From an uncultured Actinomycetes bacterium (GTDB taxonomy: Bacteria > Actinomycetota > Thermoleophilia > Gaiellales > JAICJC01), in contig CAWGSU010000006.1 in the NCBI GenBank assembly GCA_963825325.1, forward strand, positions 231,978-295,977: DNA of 64,000 nt, read 5' to 3'. Position 1 is the stretch's first letter; the number at the start of each line of letters is the position of its first letter. A program made the translations under genes and the position numbers. The notes under the pieces were generated by a model. It had not been told where the DNA came from. It worked only from the letters and a program-made list of their open reading frames with translations, and ran no database searches. Below, piece by piece: positions 8,683 to 18,348 of this stretch.

Positions 8683-9780
8683 TCAGCCCGGGCGGACGAC
8701 GAGATCGGGCGTGATCTCGGCGACGGCCGCCGCCCCGGCAAGGGCGGCCGCCTCGCGGAGCTGCTCCTCGAGGCTCCCCAGGACCGCGCCGACGCCGGCG
8801 GCGCCCCCACACGCGAGCCCCCACAGGACGGGGCGCCCGATCATCACGGCGCGCGCACCGAGGGCGAGCGCCCGCAGCACGTCCACGCCACGGCGGATGC
8901 CGCCGTCGACGTACACCTCGCCGCGCCCCGCGACCGCCTCCACCACCTCCGGCAGCGCCCGGGCGGTCGCGATCGCACCGTCGAGCTGACGCCCGCCGTG
9001 GTTCGACACGACGACCGCCGCGGCGCCCGCCTCGATGCACGCGTGCGCGTCGTCGCCCCGCAGCACCCCCTTGACGACCACCGGCAGCCCGCCCGACACG
9101 TCCCGCAGCCACGCGATCGTGTCGAACCCGATCGAGGCGTCCTGATCATCGCCGTCGGCGCTCGCGCCGCCACGCTCGCGGTCGGGCCTGTTCACCATCC
9201 ACATGCCGCCGGGGATCTCGAGCGCGCCCGGCGCGGGGCGCAGCTTCGACCCCACCACGGGCGTGTCGGCGGTCAGGACGAGTGCCGAGCACCCCGTCTC
9301 GCGCGCCCGCGCGACCAGGTCGGCGGTCCAGCCGCGGTCGCGCATCACGTACACCTGGAACCAGCGGTGGGCAGTCGGTGCCGCTGCGGCGATATCGGCG
9401 AGCGTGGCGCTCGCCCGCGTCGAGATGACGTAGGCGCTTCCGGCCGCGGCAACGGCCCGCGCGGTGGCGAGCTCGCCGTCGGGGTGGGCCAGGCCGTGGA
9501 TGGCGGTGGGCGCGACCATGATCGGCGCGGCGAGCCGCGTCCCGAGCACCTCGACCGACAGGTCGACCGCGGCCACGTCGCGCAGGACGCGCGGGCGCAG
9601 CTCGATCCGTCCCCACGCGGCGAGGTTTGCCGCGACGGTCGCCTCGCACCCTGCGCCGGCGGCGAAGAAGTCGTAGACGCCCTCGGGCAGCACTCGCCGC
9701 GCCCGCTCCTCGAGCGCGGCGAACCCGTCCGCCCAGATCTCGACCTCCGCACCCATCTCGGGGCGAGTGTAACGAGCCAT
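8683..9780 (-). CDS. FMN-dependent alpha-hydroxy acid oxidase/dehydrogenase
   Basis: LRPRVLRD, WFQVY, VVVKG, SNHGGRQLDG, DGGIRRGVD; start could also be 9756. Confidence 0.92.
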   Translation of the reverse strand: MARYTRPEMGAEVEIWADGFAALEERARRVLPEGVYDFFAAGAGCEATVAANLAAWGRIELRPRVLRDVAAVDLSVEVLGTRLAAPIMVAPTAIHGLAHPDGELATARAVAAAGSAYVISTRASATLADIAAAAPTAHRWFQVYVMRDRGWTADLVARARETGCSALVLTADTPVVGSKLRPAPGALEIPGGMWMVNRPDRERGGASADGDDQDASIGFDTIAWLRDVSGGLPVVVKGVLRGDDAHACIEAGAAAVVVSNHGGRQLDGAIATARALPEVVEAVAGRGEVYVDGGIRRGVDVLRALALGARAVMIGRPVLWGLACGGAAGVGAVLGSLEEQLREAAALAGAAAVAEITPDLVVRPG

Positions 9781-9847
9781 CTTGCGCCCGCCGTCCCGTG
9801 ATATGATTGAGCACGCAACAACCTCCCGGAACCAAAGGAGACTCCCC

Positions 9848-10768
9848 ATGCACCTCGAGGGCATCCATCACGTCACGATGATTACCGGAGACGCACCCGG
9901 AAACGTCGACTTCTACACGCGCGTCCTGGGCCTGCGGATGGTCGCGAAGACCGTGAACCAGGACGACCCCACGGTCTACCACCTCTTCTACGCCGACGAG
10001 CACGGCTCGCCCGGTACGGAGATGACCTTCTTCGAGTACCCCGGCGCCCGCCGTGGGCGCGCGGGCGCGGGCATGGCCCACACGCTCGTCTCGCGCGTCG
10101 GATCGGCGCAGGCGCTCGACTTCTGGGCCGACCGGCTGACGGCCGAGGGCATCGAGAGCGTCCGCGACGGCGACTCGCTGCGCTTCGCCGACCCCGAGGG
10201 CCTCGGCCACGAGCTGCGAGTCGATGCGGGCGCCGAGCTGCTCTCGGCCGAGCATCCGCAGATCCCGCGCGAGCACGCGATCGGGGGCCTGATCGGCGTG
10301 CGCGCCTACAGCCTCGATCCCGAGGCAAGCGCCCGGCTGCTCACCGACGTCCTGGCCGCGACGCCGGCCGGTGAGGGGATCTACGAGCTGCGCGGCGACG
10401 AGCGTGCCGCCACCATCACGTTCGACAGAGCGCCCGCAGCCGGCGTCCCCGGCGCCGGCACCGTGCACCACGTGGCCTGGGGCACGACGATCGCCGAGCA
10501 CCCGCGCTGGCTCGCGCGGCTGGCCGAGCTCGGCGTGCGCTCGACGCCCGTCATCGACCGCCACTACTTCCATTCGATCTACTTCCGCGAGCCGGGCGGG
10601 GTGCTGTACGAGATCGCCGACGACGGCCCCGGCTTCACCGTCGACCTGCCGATGGAGCAGCTCGGCTCGAAGGTGATCCTGCCGCCGTGGCTCGAGCCCG
10701 AGCGCGAGGCGCTCGAGGCGCGGCTGACACCGCTGCCCGACCCGCGCGCATCCTGGACGAAGGTCTGA
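9848..10768 (+). CDS. VOC/glyoxalase-family ring-cleaving dioxygenase (MhqO-like)
   Basis: SD AAGGAG; GIHHVT, KTVNQDDPTVYHLFY, VHHVAW, DRHYFHSIYFREPGGVLYEIA. Confidence 0.93.
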   Translation: MHLEGIHHVTMITGDAPGNVDFYTRVLGLRMVAKTVNQDDPTVYHLFYADEHGSPGTEMTFFEYPGARRGRAGAGMAHTLVSRVGSAQALDFWADRLTAEGIESVRDGDSLRFADPEGLGHELRVDAGAELLSAEHPQIPREHAIGGLIGVRAYSLDPEASARLLTDVLAATPAGEGIYELRGDERAATITFDRAPAAGVPGAGTVHHVAWGTTIAEHPRWLARLAELGVRSTPVIDRHYFHSIYFREPGGVLYEIADDGPGFTVDLPMEQLGSKVILPPWLEPEREALEARLTPLPDPRASWTKV

Positions 10769-10773
10769 GAACC

Positions 10774-10804
10774 GGGGGCTGTCCTCGTGACGGGGACAGT
10801 CCCC
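10774..10804. terminator. hairpin between convergent genes (bidirectional terminator or REP-like)
   Basis: GGGGCTGTCC...GGACAGTCCC inverted repeat; a similar GGGGACGGTCCCC occurs at 63462-63474. Confidence 0.55.
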
Positions 10805-10831
10805 ATTCCCCGAGGCGTCACCCGCGCCGGG

Positions 10832-11242
10832 TCAGCCCGTCTGGCCGAGCCGCGGGCGCCCGGCGGCCGAGAGGTCGATCGGCTCGATCGGCGTCCATAC
10901 GGCCTCGTCGCCGCAGCCCGGGCAGTACCGCGGTGCCGAGGCGTAGTGGTTCGGCTGGCGCAGCGACTCGCGCACGAGCCGCGACTCCACGTCGAACACC
11001 GCTTCGCCCGTGCGAGTGCCGATGCGGTGCGCCTGCTCGTGCAGGACGTTCGCGTCGTAGCCGAGGGTGATGCGGGTGCCGCAGTAGCCGCAGAGCGCCA
11101 TCTGGGCCTGCACGGGGGTGACCTCTGGCCGCACCTCGTCGTGGCGCTTGAAGGCGAGCCACAGCGCCACGCCGATGCCGATCAGCGGCAGCTTCAGCAT
11201 GACCGCCAGGAAGACGACCGCCCAGACGTCACCGGAAAACAT
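10832..11242 (-). CDS. hypothetical membrane protein with two CxxC pairs (Zn-ribbon-like)
   Basis: N-terminal TM helix; CGYC and CPGC; start uncertain (11242 or 11251). Confidence 0.65.
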   Translation of the reverse strand: MFSGDVWAVVFLAVMLKLPLIGIGVALWLAFKRHDEVRPEVTPVQAQMALCGYCGTRITLGYDANVLHEQAHRIGTRTGEAVFDVESRLVRESLRQPNHYASAPRYCPGCGDEAVWTPIEPIDLSAAGRPRLGQTG

Positions 11243-11287
11243 CGAGAGCACCACGCCACCAACAGGATATCCCACACCCGACGCCGC

Positions 11288-11315
11288 TACAGTGACGGGG
11301 CGGGCCCGCCGATCA
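11288..11315 (+). promoter_or_regulatory. sigma-28/WhiG-type promoter
   Basis: TACAG-N15-GCCGATCA, 12 nt before the PilZ ATG. Confidence 0.55.
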
Positions 11316-11327
11316 CCTAAGCGTCTG

Positions 11328-12065
11328 ATGTCGACCCCCAATCCCGCAGACCTGCTCCAGCTTGCCCTCGGCGTGTTCCCGCCCCTGCCGGCGATCGTCG
11401 AGGTGCTGTCCGAGGACGGCGGCGGGTTCGCGCTCCGGGTCGCCGACCGCGACGCCGACCTGCTGCACGCGTACGGCCCCCGCACCCAGCTGCGGAAGGA
11501 CCTGCGGCTGCTCGCCCGTATCACCGACGCCCACCGCGGCCGCTACGAGGTCGAGTTCGAGGTCGACGAGGTGTTCTACCACTCCTCCGCAGACGCGCTC
11601 GTGCATCTGCGTGTGACCGGCGTGCACCACCGCAAGATGCGCCGCGCCGCGCCCCGCGTCGCCGTCAGCGAGCGCGCACACGCCCGCGTGCTCTTCTGCC
11701 GCACCCTCCCCCGCGACACGCGCCTCGACCTGCGCCTAGCCGACATCAGCGCCACCGGCGTCGCGTTCATCGGCATGAGCGCCCTCGATCCCGGCGACCT
11801 GCTGCTCGTGTCGACGCGCATCGGCGGCATGGCGATCCACTTCGAGGCCCGTGTCGTGCGCTCCGACCCGGCGCCGTACGGGCGCTTCCGCACCGGCTGC
11901 GAGATCATCGAGTACGCCGCCGACGCGCGCGAGAACATCGCGGCGATGGCCGAGTCGACGCCCGCGGACGGCTCGGAGGACCAGCGCCGGCCCGAGCAGG
12001 CCGAGGTCATGCAGCAGGTGCGAACCGGCGAGTCCGGCCTGCTCGGCCGCATCCAGCGGCCCTGA
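11328..12065 (+). CDS. PilZ-domain c-di-GMP receptor
   Basis: RRAAPR (RxxxR) and DISATG (D/NxSxxG) motifs; N-terminal beta domain as in YcgR-like proteins. Confidence 0.85.
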   Translation: MSTPNPADLLQLALGVFPPLPAIVEVLSEDGGGFALRVADRDADLLHAYGPRTQLRKDLRLLARITDAHRGRYEVEFEVDEVFYHSSADALVHLRVTGVHHRKMRRAAPRVAVSERAHARVLFCRTLPRDTRLDLRLADISATGVAFIGMSALDPGDLLLVSTRIGGMAIHFEARVVRSDPAPYGRFRTGCEIIEYAADARENIAAMAESTPADGSEDQRRPEQAEVMQQVRTGESGLLGRIQRP

Positions 12066-12168
12066 CCGATCACGCCGACGGGGGATCGCTCAACTCGCGC
12101 AGCGACCCGATACTTGGGGTGGTATGTGCACGTCGCAGGTGCACAAGGTGGTCATGAAAGGGGTCGTC

Positions 12169-12324
12169 GTGAGGGTCTTCGCCAACCAGCGCGGGAGCGT
12201 CGCTTCCGAGCTCAGCTTCGGGGTCATGGTCATCGGGATGCTCGTGCTCGGAGGGCTGTTCATGCTCTCCCAGCTGGAGGGCGTCTCGTTCGCGGTTCTG
12301 CTGCACCAGCTGCGGCACGGCTGA
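12169..12324 (+). CDS. small Flp/TadE-like prepilin
   Basis: SD-like AAAGGGG before GTG; MRVFANQRG|SVASE followed by a hydrophobic helix (class III signal, Glu at +5); alternative ATG at 12154. Confidence 0.55.
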   Translation: MRVFANQRGSVASELSFGVMVIGMLVLGGLFMLSQLEGVSFAVLLHQLRHG

Positions 12325-12421
12325 GCACGCCGCCCGGCCCGGCGGCCGGGCGGCCCCCCGCCCTCGCGGCGGCGGCGAGACCACGGCCGGACGGCCAGGG
12401 TGACGGGATACGCTGCGGCGG

Positions 12422-14221
12422 ATGACGTTTCGCCGCCTGCTCGGATTCCTGCGCCCCTACCGCGGCCAGGTCATCGTCACGACCCTGCTCGCGATCGGCT
12501 CGCAGGCGGCCATCCTCACGATTCCGTACCTGACCGGCAAGGCGATCGACGCCACCCAGCCGGGCCACCACGACCGCCAGGCGCTGATGCGCTACGCCGG
12601 GCTGATCGTGGCCGCCGGCGCGGTCCAGGGCATCCTGATGTTCTTCCGCCGCTACCTGGCCGGGCGGCTGTCGCTCGACGTCGAGTACGACCTGCGAAAC
12701 GCCATGTACCGGCACCTGCAGCGGCTCTCGTTCGGGTTCTACGACCGCCACCAGACCGGGCAGCTCATGTCGCGCGCGACCGTCGACCTGCAGTCGGTGC
12801 GGATCTTCCTCGGCTACGGGCTGATCTTCTTCTCGCAGAACGTCGTCACCGTCGTGATCGTCTGCGGAGCGCTGCTCGCGATCGACTGGCAGCTCGCGCT
12901 GATCGCGATGGCGATCTCGCCGGTCATGATGTACGCCGCCTACCGCTACTCGCGGATCAGCCACCCGATCCTGAAGGACGTGCAGCAACGCGTCGCCGAC
13001 GTCACGACGCACGCCGAGGAGAACATCGTGGGCGTGCGCGTGGTCAAGGCGTTCGCCCAGGAGGAGTGCGAGGTCGACCGCTTCCGGCACCTGGCCCGGC
13101 GCGTCTTTGACCAAGCGATCGCCGCCGCCCGCATCCAGGCCCGCTACCTGCCGCTGCTGCAGAGCCTGCCCAGCCTGGCGATGGCGGCCGTGCTGCTCGT
13201 CGGCGGCTACAACGTCATCCACGGGTCGCTCTCGCTGGGATCGTTCTTCGCCGTGAACGGCTACGTGCTGCTGCTCGTCGTGCCGCTGCGCAGCGCCGGC
13301 ATGTGGGTGGGCCAGTACCAGCGCGCGATGGCCTCCGGCGAGCGCATCTTCGAGGTGCTCGACGTCGACCGCGACATCGTCGAGCCGCCCGCGGCGGCTC
13401 CGCTGCCCGCCGGCCCGGGCCACATCCGCTTCGAGGCCGTCGGGTTCGGCTACGAGGCCGACCGCCCGGTGCTGCGCGGCATCGACGTCGACATCGAGGC
13501 GGGCAGCACGGTCGCCCTGATCGGGCCGACCGGCTGCGGGAAGACGACGCTCACGGCCCTGATCCCCCGCTTCTACGACGTCTCCTCGGGCCGCGTGACG
13601 GTCGACGGCGCCGACGTGCGCGACGTGACGCTCGACTCGCTCCGAGGCCAGGTCGGCATCGTCAGCCAGGACACCTTCCTGTTCTCGACCACCGTCGCCG
13701 AGAACATCGCCTACGGCACCCCTGACGCGACGCCCGAGGAGATCGTCGCGGCCGCCCGCCAGGCCCAGGCGCATGACTTCATCTGCGAGCTGCCCGACGG
13801 GTACGAGACGCGCATCGGCGAGCGCGGCCTGACCCTCTCGGGCGGGCAGCGACAGCGGATCGCGATCGCGCGGGCGCTTCTGATGAACCCGCGCATCCTC
13901 ATCCTCGACGACGCCACCGCGTCGGTCGACGCCACCACCGAGGCCCGGATCAAGCTCGCGCTGCGCGAGGTGATGAAGGGGCGCACGACCCTGATCATCG
14001 CCCACCGCCTGAGCACGATCTCGCTGGCGGAGCGGGTGGTCGTCCTCGACGTGGGCCGGATCGTCGCGCAGGGCACGCATGCCGAGCTGATCGAGTCGAG
14101 CCCCGTGTACCGCCAGATCCACTCCCACGGCCTCGTCGACCGCACCTTCGTCGACCTGGACGGCGACGCGCCGGTCGCCGAGCGGCGGGCGGCGGCGGCG
14201 ACGGCCAGGCGGCTGCCGTGA
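12422..14221 (+). CDS. ABC exporter half-transporter (TMD+NBD), subunit A
   Basis: GPTGCGKT, LSGGQ, non-canonical Walker B ILILDD. Confidence 0.95.
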   Translation: MTFRRLLGFLRPYRGQVIVTTLLAIGSQAAILTIPYLTGKAIDATQPGHHDRQALMRYAGLIVAAGAVQGILMFFRRYLAGRLSLDVEYDLRNAMYRHLQRLSFGFYDRHQTGQLMSRATVDLQSVRIFLGYGLIFFSQNVVTVVIVCGALLAIDWQLALIAMAISPVMMYAAYRYSRISHPILKDVQQRVADVTTHAEENIVGVRVVKAFAQEECEVDRFRHLARRVFDQAIAAARIQARYLPLLQSLPSLAMAAVLLVGGYNVIHGSLSLGSFFAVNGYVLLLVVPLRSAGMWVGQYQRAMASGERIFEVLDVDRDIVEPPAAAPLPAGPGHIRFEAVGFGYEADRPVLRGIDVDIEAGSTVALIGPTGCGKTTLTALIPRFYDVSSGRVTVDGADVRDVTLDSLRGQVGIVSQDTFLFSTTVAENIAYGTPDATPEEIVAAARQAQAHDFICELPDGYETRIGERGLTLSGGQRQRIAIARALLMNPRILILDDATASVDATTEARIKLALREVMKGRTTLIIAHRLSTISLAERVVVLDVGRIVAQGTHAELIESSPVYRQIHSHGLVDRTFVDLDGDAPVAERRAAAATARRLP

Positions 14222-15948
14222 AGCGGGTGCGCATGATCGCGCGGTTCGCGCGCCCCTACCGCGGGCGGGCGCTCTTCGCCCTGTTCACGCTCATCGTCGC
14301 CACGGCGACGAGCGTCGCCGGGCCGCTCGTCGCCAAGGAGGTGATCGACTCCGGGATCCAGCCGGGCGACTACTCGGTCGTTGTCGAGTGGGTGGCGGTG
14401 TTCCTCGTGGTCGTGGTGGTCGGCTGGGCGGCGACCGCCGGGCAGAGCTACCTGACGAGCTGGGTGGGCGAGCGGGTGCTGGCCGACCTGCGCGTGGCCG
14501 TCTTCGCCCACGTGCAGCGGCTCGACCTGGGGTTCTTCGAGCGCACGCCGGCCGGCGTCGTCATCTCGCGGCTCACGAACGACATCGAGGCGATGAACAG
14601 CATGATCACGGACGGGCCGACCACGCTCGTCCAGAACACGCTCACCCTCGTCGGCTCGGCCGCCGTGCTGCTCGTGCTCGACTGGCGGCTCGCGCTCGCG
14701 ACGCTGACCGTGTTCCCGGCGATGGCCGTCGGCTCGGTGATCTTCCGCCGGTACTCGGCGCGCGCATACCGGCGCACACGCGAACGAATGGGCGAGGTCA
14801 CGGCGAGCCTGCAGGAGGACATCTCCGGCGTGCGCGTCGTGCAGGCGTTCCGGCGCGAGGGCGCGAACTACCGCCGCTTCGTCAAGGTGAACGACGGCTA
14901 CCGCGCGGCCAACGTGCAGACGGTGAACGCGGCCTCGATCTACTTCCCGTTCGTGTCGCTGCTCTCGGCGACGGCGACGGCGGTCGTGCTCGGCTACGGC
15001 GGCGTGCTCGTGTTCGACGGCCAGCTCAGCCCGGGCGCGCTCTTCGCGTTCATCGGCCTGCTCGCGAACTTCTTCGACCCCGTCCAGCAGCTCTCGCAGT
15101 TCTACCAGACCCTGCTCGCGGCGACCGCGGCGCTCGACAAGGTCGTCGAGGTGCTCGACACCGAGCCCGCGATGGCCGACTCGGCGAAGGCGCAGCCGCT
15201 GCCCGAGATCACCGGCCGGGTCGAGTTCGCCGACGTCCGCTTCGCCTACGCCTCGACAGCGACCGAGGTGCTGCACAGCGTCTCGTTCGCGGCCGAGCCG
15301 GGCCAGACGGTCGCGCTCGTCGGCCACACCGGCGCCGGCAAGTCGACCGTCATCAAGCTGCTCGCCCGCTTCTACGACCCCACGTCGGGCCGCGTCACGA
15401 TCGACGGCCACGACCTCCGCGACGTGACGGCGCGGTCGCTGCGCTCGCAGCTTGGGATCGTCCCCCAGGAGAGCTTCCTGTTCTCGGGCAGCGTGCGCTC
15501 GAACATCGCCTTCGGCCGGCCCGACGCTGCGCTCGAGGACGTCGTCGCCGCGGCCGAGGCGGTCGGCGCCGACGCCTTCATCCGCGCCCTCCCCGATGGG
15601 TACGACACCGAGATCCAGGAGCGCGGCGCCCGGCTTTCGATCGGCCAGCGCCAGCTGGTCGCCTTTGCCCGGGCGCTGCTCGCCGACCCGCGCATCCTGA
15701 TCCTGGACGAGGCGACGTCGAGCGTCGACATCCCCACCGAGGCCCGCATCGAGGACGCGCTCGAGACGCTCCTGCGCGGGCGCACCGCGTTCGTCGTCGC
15801 GCACCGGCTGAGCACGATCCGGCGGGCGGACGTGATCGTCGTGCTCGAGCACGGAGAGGTGATCGAGGCGGGCACGCACCGCCAGCTGATCGAGCGCCGC
15901 GGGCGCTACTACGCGCTCTACGACGACTGGGTCGAAGCGGTCGCCTGA
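14218..15948 (+). CDS. ABC exporter half-transporter (TMD+NBD), subunit B
   Basis: GHTGAGKS, degenerate signature LSIGQ, ILDE; 4-nt overlap with the upstream gene, consistent with a heterodimer. Confidence 0.95.
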   Translation: MKRVRMIARFARPYRGRALFALFTLIVATATSVAGPLVAKEVIDSGIQPGDYSVVVEWVAVFLVVVVVGWAATAGQSYLTSWVGERVLADLRVAVFAHVQRLDLGFFERTPAGVVISRLTNDIEAMNSMITDGPTTLVQNTLTLVGSAAVLLVLDWRLALATLTVFPAMAVGSVIFRRYSARAYRRTRERMGEVTASLQEDISGVRVVQAFRREGANYRRFVKVNDGYRAANVQTVNAASIYFPFVSLLSATATAVVLGYGGVLVFDGQLSPGALFAFIGLLANFFDPVQQLSQFYQTLLAATAALDKVVEVLDTEPAMADSAKAQPLPEITGRVEFADVRFAYASTATEVLHSVSFAAEPGQTVALVGHTGAGKSTVIKLLARFYDPTSGRVTIDGHDLRDVTARSLRSQLGIVPQESFLFSGSVRSNIAFGRPDAALEDVVAAAEAVGADAFIRALPDGYDTEIQERGARLSIGQRQLVAFARALLADPRILILDEATSSVDIPTEARIEDALETLLRGRTAFVVAHRLSTIRRADVIVVLEHGEVIEAGTHRQLIERRGRYYALYDDWVEAVA

Positions 15949-15968
15949 TCCCGTCCTCGAGATCGAAC

Positions 15969-15995
15969 TCAAGCTCTTCGGCAGGCAACCGATAT
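15969..15995 (+). promoter_or_regulatory. sigma-28/WhiG-type promoter
   Basis: TCAAG-N14-ACCGATAT, 9 nt before ATG 16005. Confidence 0.5.
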
Positions 15996-16004
15996 CTCCT
16001 CCTG

Positions 16005-17147
16005 ATGAAGAGGGTCCTGTCTTCACTCGGCGCGGCGACCGCCGCGGCCGTGCTCGCATTTCCCGGGGTCGCAAGCGCTGCGACCACCCACCCCTTCGCC
16101 GACGTCTCGCCGAGCTTCTGGGCGAACACGCCCATCACCTGGGTCGTGAAGCAGGGCTGGATGACCCCGCGCACCACCACCCACTTCGGCGTCGCACACA
16201 CCGTCAGCCGCCTGACGGCCGCCCGCGTCCTGGCCGACCTCGCCTTCCAGCAGAACGCCACTCCGGTCGCCGCCGATCCCTACGCCGAGGCCATCGCGGC
16301 CGGGTGGATCGGGGCCGGCGCCGGCGCCACGGACCCGATCACCCAGCTCCAGTTCGACCACGGAGTCGTGCGCGTCCTCGGCCTGGGTACGGCCGCAAGG
16401 ACGATGAGCACGCTGCACACCTCGACCGGCTGGCGCCCCCCGCTCCCGGTCGGCTTTGGCGTCGAGCAGATGGTGCGCGCCGTCGGTGCCCGTGCGAACG
16501 TGCCCGAGGGCTTCGACCAGTGGGAGCTGTGGCCGAACGACACGCTGCTCCGCGCCAACCTTGCCTCCGAGGCGTACCAGCTCGGCCACCTGTCGCCGTG
16601 GGCCGTCGACGCCGCACGGGCGAAGACGGCGGTCGTGAGCGCCATGCCGACGTGGACGCCGCTCAAGCGGGCCGTGCTCGGCTTCGCGCTGCGCTACGCC
16701 GGCGCCCCGTACGTCTGGGGCGGCACCTCGCCCCACCCGCAGAGCGAGTTCGGCGCCAACGTGGCCGGCGGCTTCGACTGCTCCGGGTTCGTGTGGTGGG
16801 TCATGAAGATGCAGACCTACACCGCCGGCGGGCACACGTGGAGCGGCAACGCCGCCATCGGCCAGCTGCGCACGACCTACCAGATGTCGCAGGCGGTCAA
16901 GCTCACAAGCCGCGTCTCGCGCGCCGGCCTGCACCCGGGCGACATCCTCTTCTGGAGCTCGGCTCCGAACGGCGTGCACACGTCGTGGCGGACGATCTAC
17001 CACACCGGCATCTACCTCGGGCATAACTGGACGATCAACAGCCACGGCTCCGGCGACGGCGTCACGCTCGACTCCATGGGCCCGGGCACCGGCTGGTATC
17101 ACGATGCGTTCGCGTTCGGCTGGCGCATCATGCCGATGCACAAGTAG
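16005..17147 (+). CDS. secreted NlpC/P60 (C40) peptidoglycan endopeptidase with N-terminal SLH-like region
   Basis: Signal peptide MKRVLSSLGAATAAAVLAFPGVASA; PFADVSPSFWA; PYVWGG, FDCSGF, HTGIY. Confidence 0.88.
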   Translation: MKRVLSSLGAATAAAVLAFPGVASAATTHPFADVSPSFWANTPITWVVKQGWMTPRTTTHFGVAHTVSRLTAARVLADLAFQQNATPVAADPYAEAIAAGWIGAGAGATDPITQLQFDHGVVRVLGLGTAARTMSTLHTSTGWRPPLPVGFGVEQMVRAVGARANVPEGFDQWELWPNDTLLRANLASEAYQLGHLSPWAVDAARAKTAVVSAMPTWTPLKRAVLGFALRYAGAPYVWGGTSPHPQSEFGANVAGGFDCSGFVWWVMKMQTYTAGGHTWSGNAAIGQLRTTYQMSQAVKLTSRVSRAGLHPGDILFWSSAPNGVHTSWRTIYHTGIYLGHNWTINSHGSGDGVTLDSMGPGTGWYHDAFAFGWRIMPMHK

Positions 17148-17190
17148 CGGCGCGGGCGCTCGCGGCACGGCCATCGTCTAGGTTGTGCGC

Positions 17191-18093
17191 ATGAGCGCCG
17201 AGGACGACACCGCACCGGAGACCGAGGAGGTCCCCGCCGGCGCCGACCCGGAGCCCGGCCGGCCGATCAGCGTCCGCGCCGAGCGCGGCGCGCGCATGAC
17301 ACCGGCCGAAGCCGTCCGCGACATGCGCGTCACGCTGCCCGCGCGCGGCAACCGCACGCTGCGCGACATCGTCGACCGCGTGAACCACGACACGTCGCTG
17401 AAGGCGCTCTGGCATGCGGCAAACGTGAATGCCGTCACCCGTCTGCAGATCAACGACCACTCCTGGGTCCACGTCCAGATCGTCACGAACATCGCCCTGA
17501 AGCTTCTGCGCGAGCTGCGCCGGGCCGGCGTCGAGCCCGGGATGGTGAGCGACTACGGGATGCGCCAGGAGGACGCCGAGGTCGTCGTCGTGCTCGGCTG
17601 CCTGACGCACTGCCTGGGCATGGCGATCCACCGCAACGGCCACGAGGAGATGAGCCTCTTCCTGGCCGCCGACCGGCTCCCCCGCCTGCTCGACGGCCTT
17701 TACGAGGAGCCGGAGTCCACCATCGTCCAGGCTGAGGTGCTGCAGGCGATCATCTCGCACCGTTCCGACGGCCAGCCGCTCTCGATCGAGGCCGGTGTCG
17801 TCCGCGTTGCCGACGCGCTCGACATGGCCAAGGGCCGCTCGCGGATCCCGTTCGAGTCGGGACGCGTCTCGATTCACTCGCTGTCTGCCGCCGCCATCGA
17901 GGGCGTGCACATCCGCAGCGACCGGGGCAAGGTGCTGATCGAGATCGAGATGAACAACTCGGCCGGCCTCTACCAGGTCGACAACCTCTTGCGCAGCAAG
18001 CTGCGCGGATCCGGCCTCGAGCCCTATCTGGACGTCGAGGCCACCATCGAGGGCGAGTCGGAAAAGCGGCTGCTGCCCTCGTTCCGGCTGTAG
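17191..18093 (+). CDS. HD-superfamily phosphohydrolase-like protein
   Basis: NDHSWVHV, THCLG in place of the HD motif, ISH, VADALD. Confidence 0.8.
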   Translation: MSAEDDTAPETEEVPAGADPEPGRPISVRAERGARMTPAEAVRDMRVTLPARGNRTLRDIVDRVNHDTSLKALWHAANVNAVTRLQINDHSWVHVQIVTNIALKLLRELRRAGVEPGMVSDYGMRQEDAEVVVVLGCLTHCLGMAIHRNGHEEMSLFLAADRLPRLLDGLYEEPESTIVQAEVLQAIISHRSDGQPLSIEAGVVRVADALDMAKGRSRIPFESGRVSIHSLSAAAIEGVHIRSDRGKVLIEIEMNNSAGLYQVDNLLRSKLRGSGLEPYLDVEATIEGESEKRLLPSFRL

Positions 18094-18100
18094 GCCGGGC

Positions 18101-18128
18101 TCAAGCCGGGGCTCGCGGAGGCCGAATA
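18101..18128 (+). promoter_or_regulatory. sigma-28/WhiG-type promoter upstream of tRNA-Gln
   Basis: TCAAG-N15-GCCGAATA; an extended -10 TGGTATCCT follows. Confidence 0.45.
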
Positions 18129-18154
18129 CCCCTCTGGTATCCTTGTGCCGCCTT

Positions 18155-18225
18155 TGCGGGGTCGTCTAATGGTAGGACGCCTGACTCTGGATCAGGTAGT
18201 CGGGGTTCGAGTCCCTGCCCCGCAG
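18155..18225 (+). tRNA. tRNA-Gln (anticodon CTG)
   Basis: Acceptor TGCGGGG/CCCCGCA, anticodon arm CCTGA-CTCTGGA-TCAGG, T-loop TTCGAGT; CCA not encoded. Confidence 0.96.
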
Positions 18226-18348
18226 CCTCACTATCCAAGCCGAGTCCCTCCGTTTGCACGAAGGCAGCGTGCTCGGGGAGTAACACAGGCGTGTGACGAC
18301 AGCCGCGGCGCCACCGCACGACCTCGTGATTGGTGATACAATCTCGGC

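Noticed and set aside
12422-15948. Degenerate ABC motifs (ILILDD, LSIGQ) as a sign of inactivation
   Set aside because: This asymmetry is normal in heterodimeric ABC exporters.
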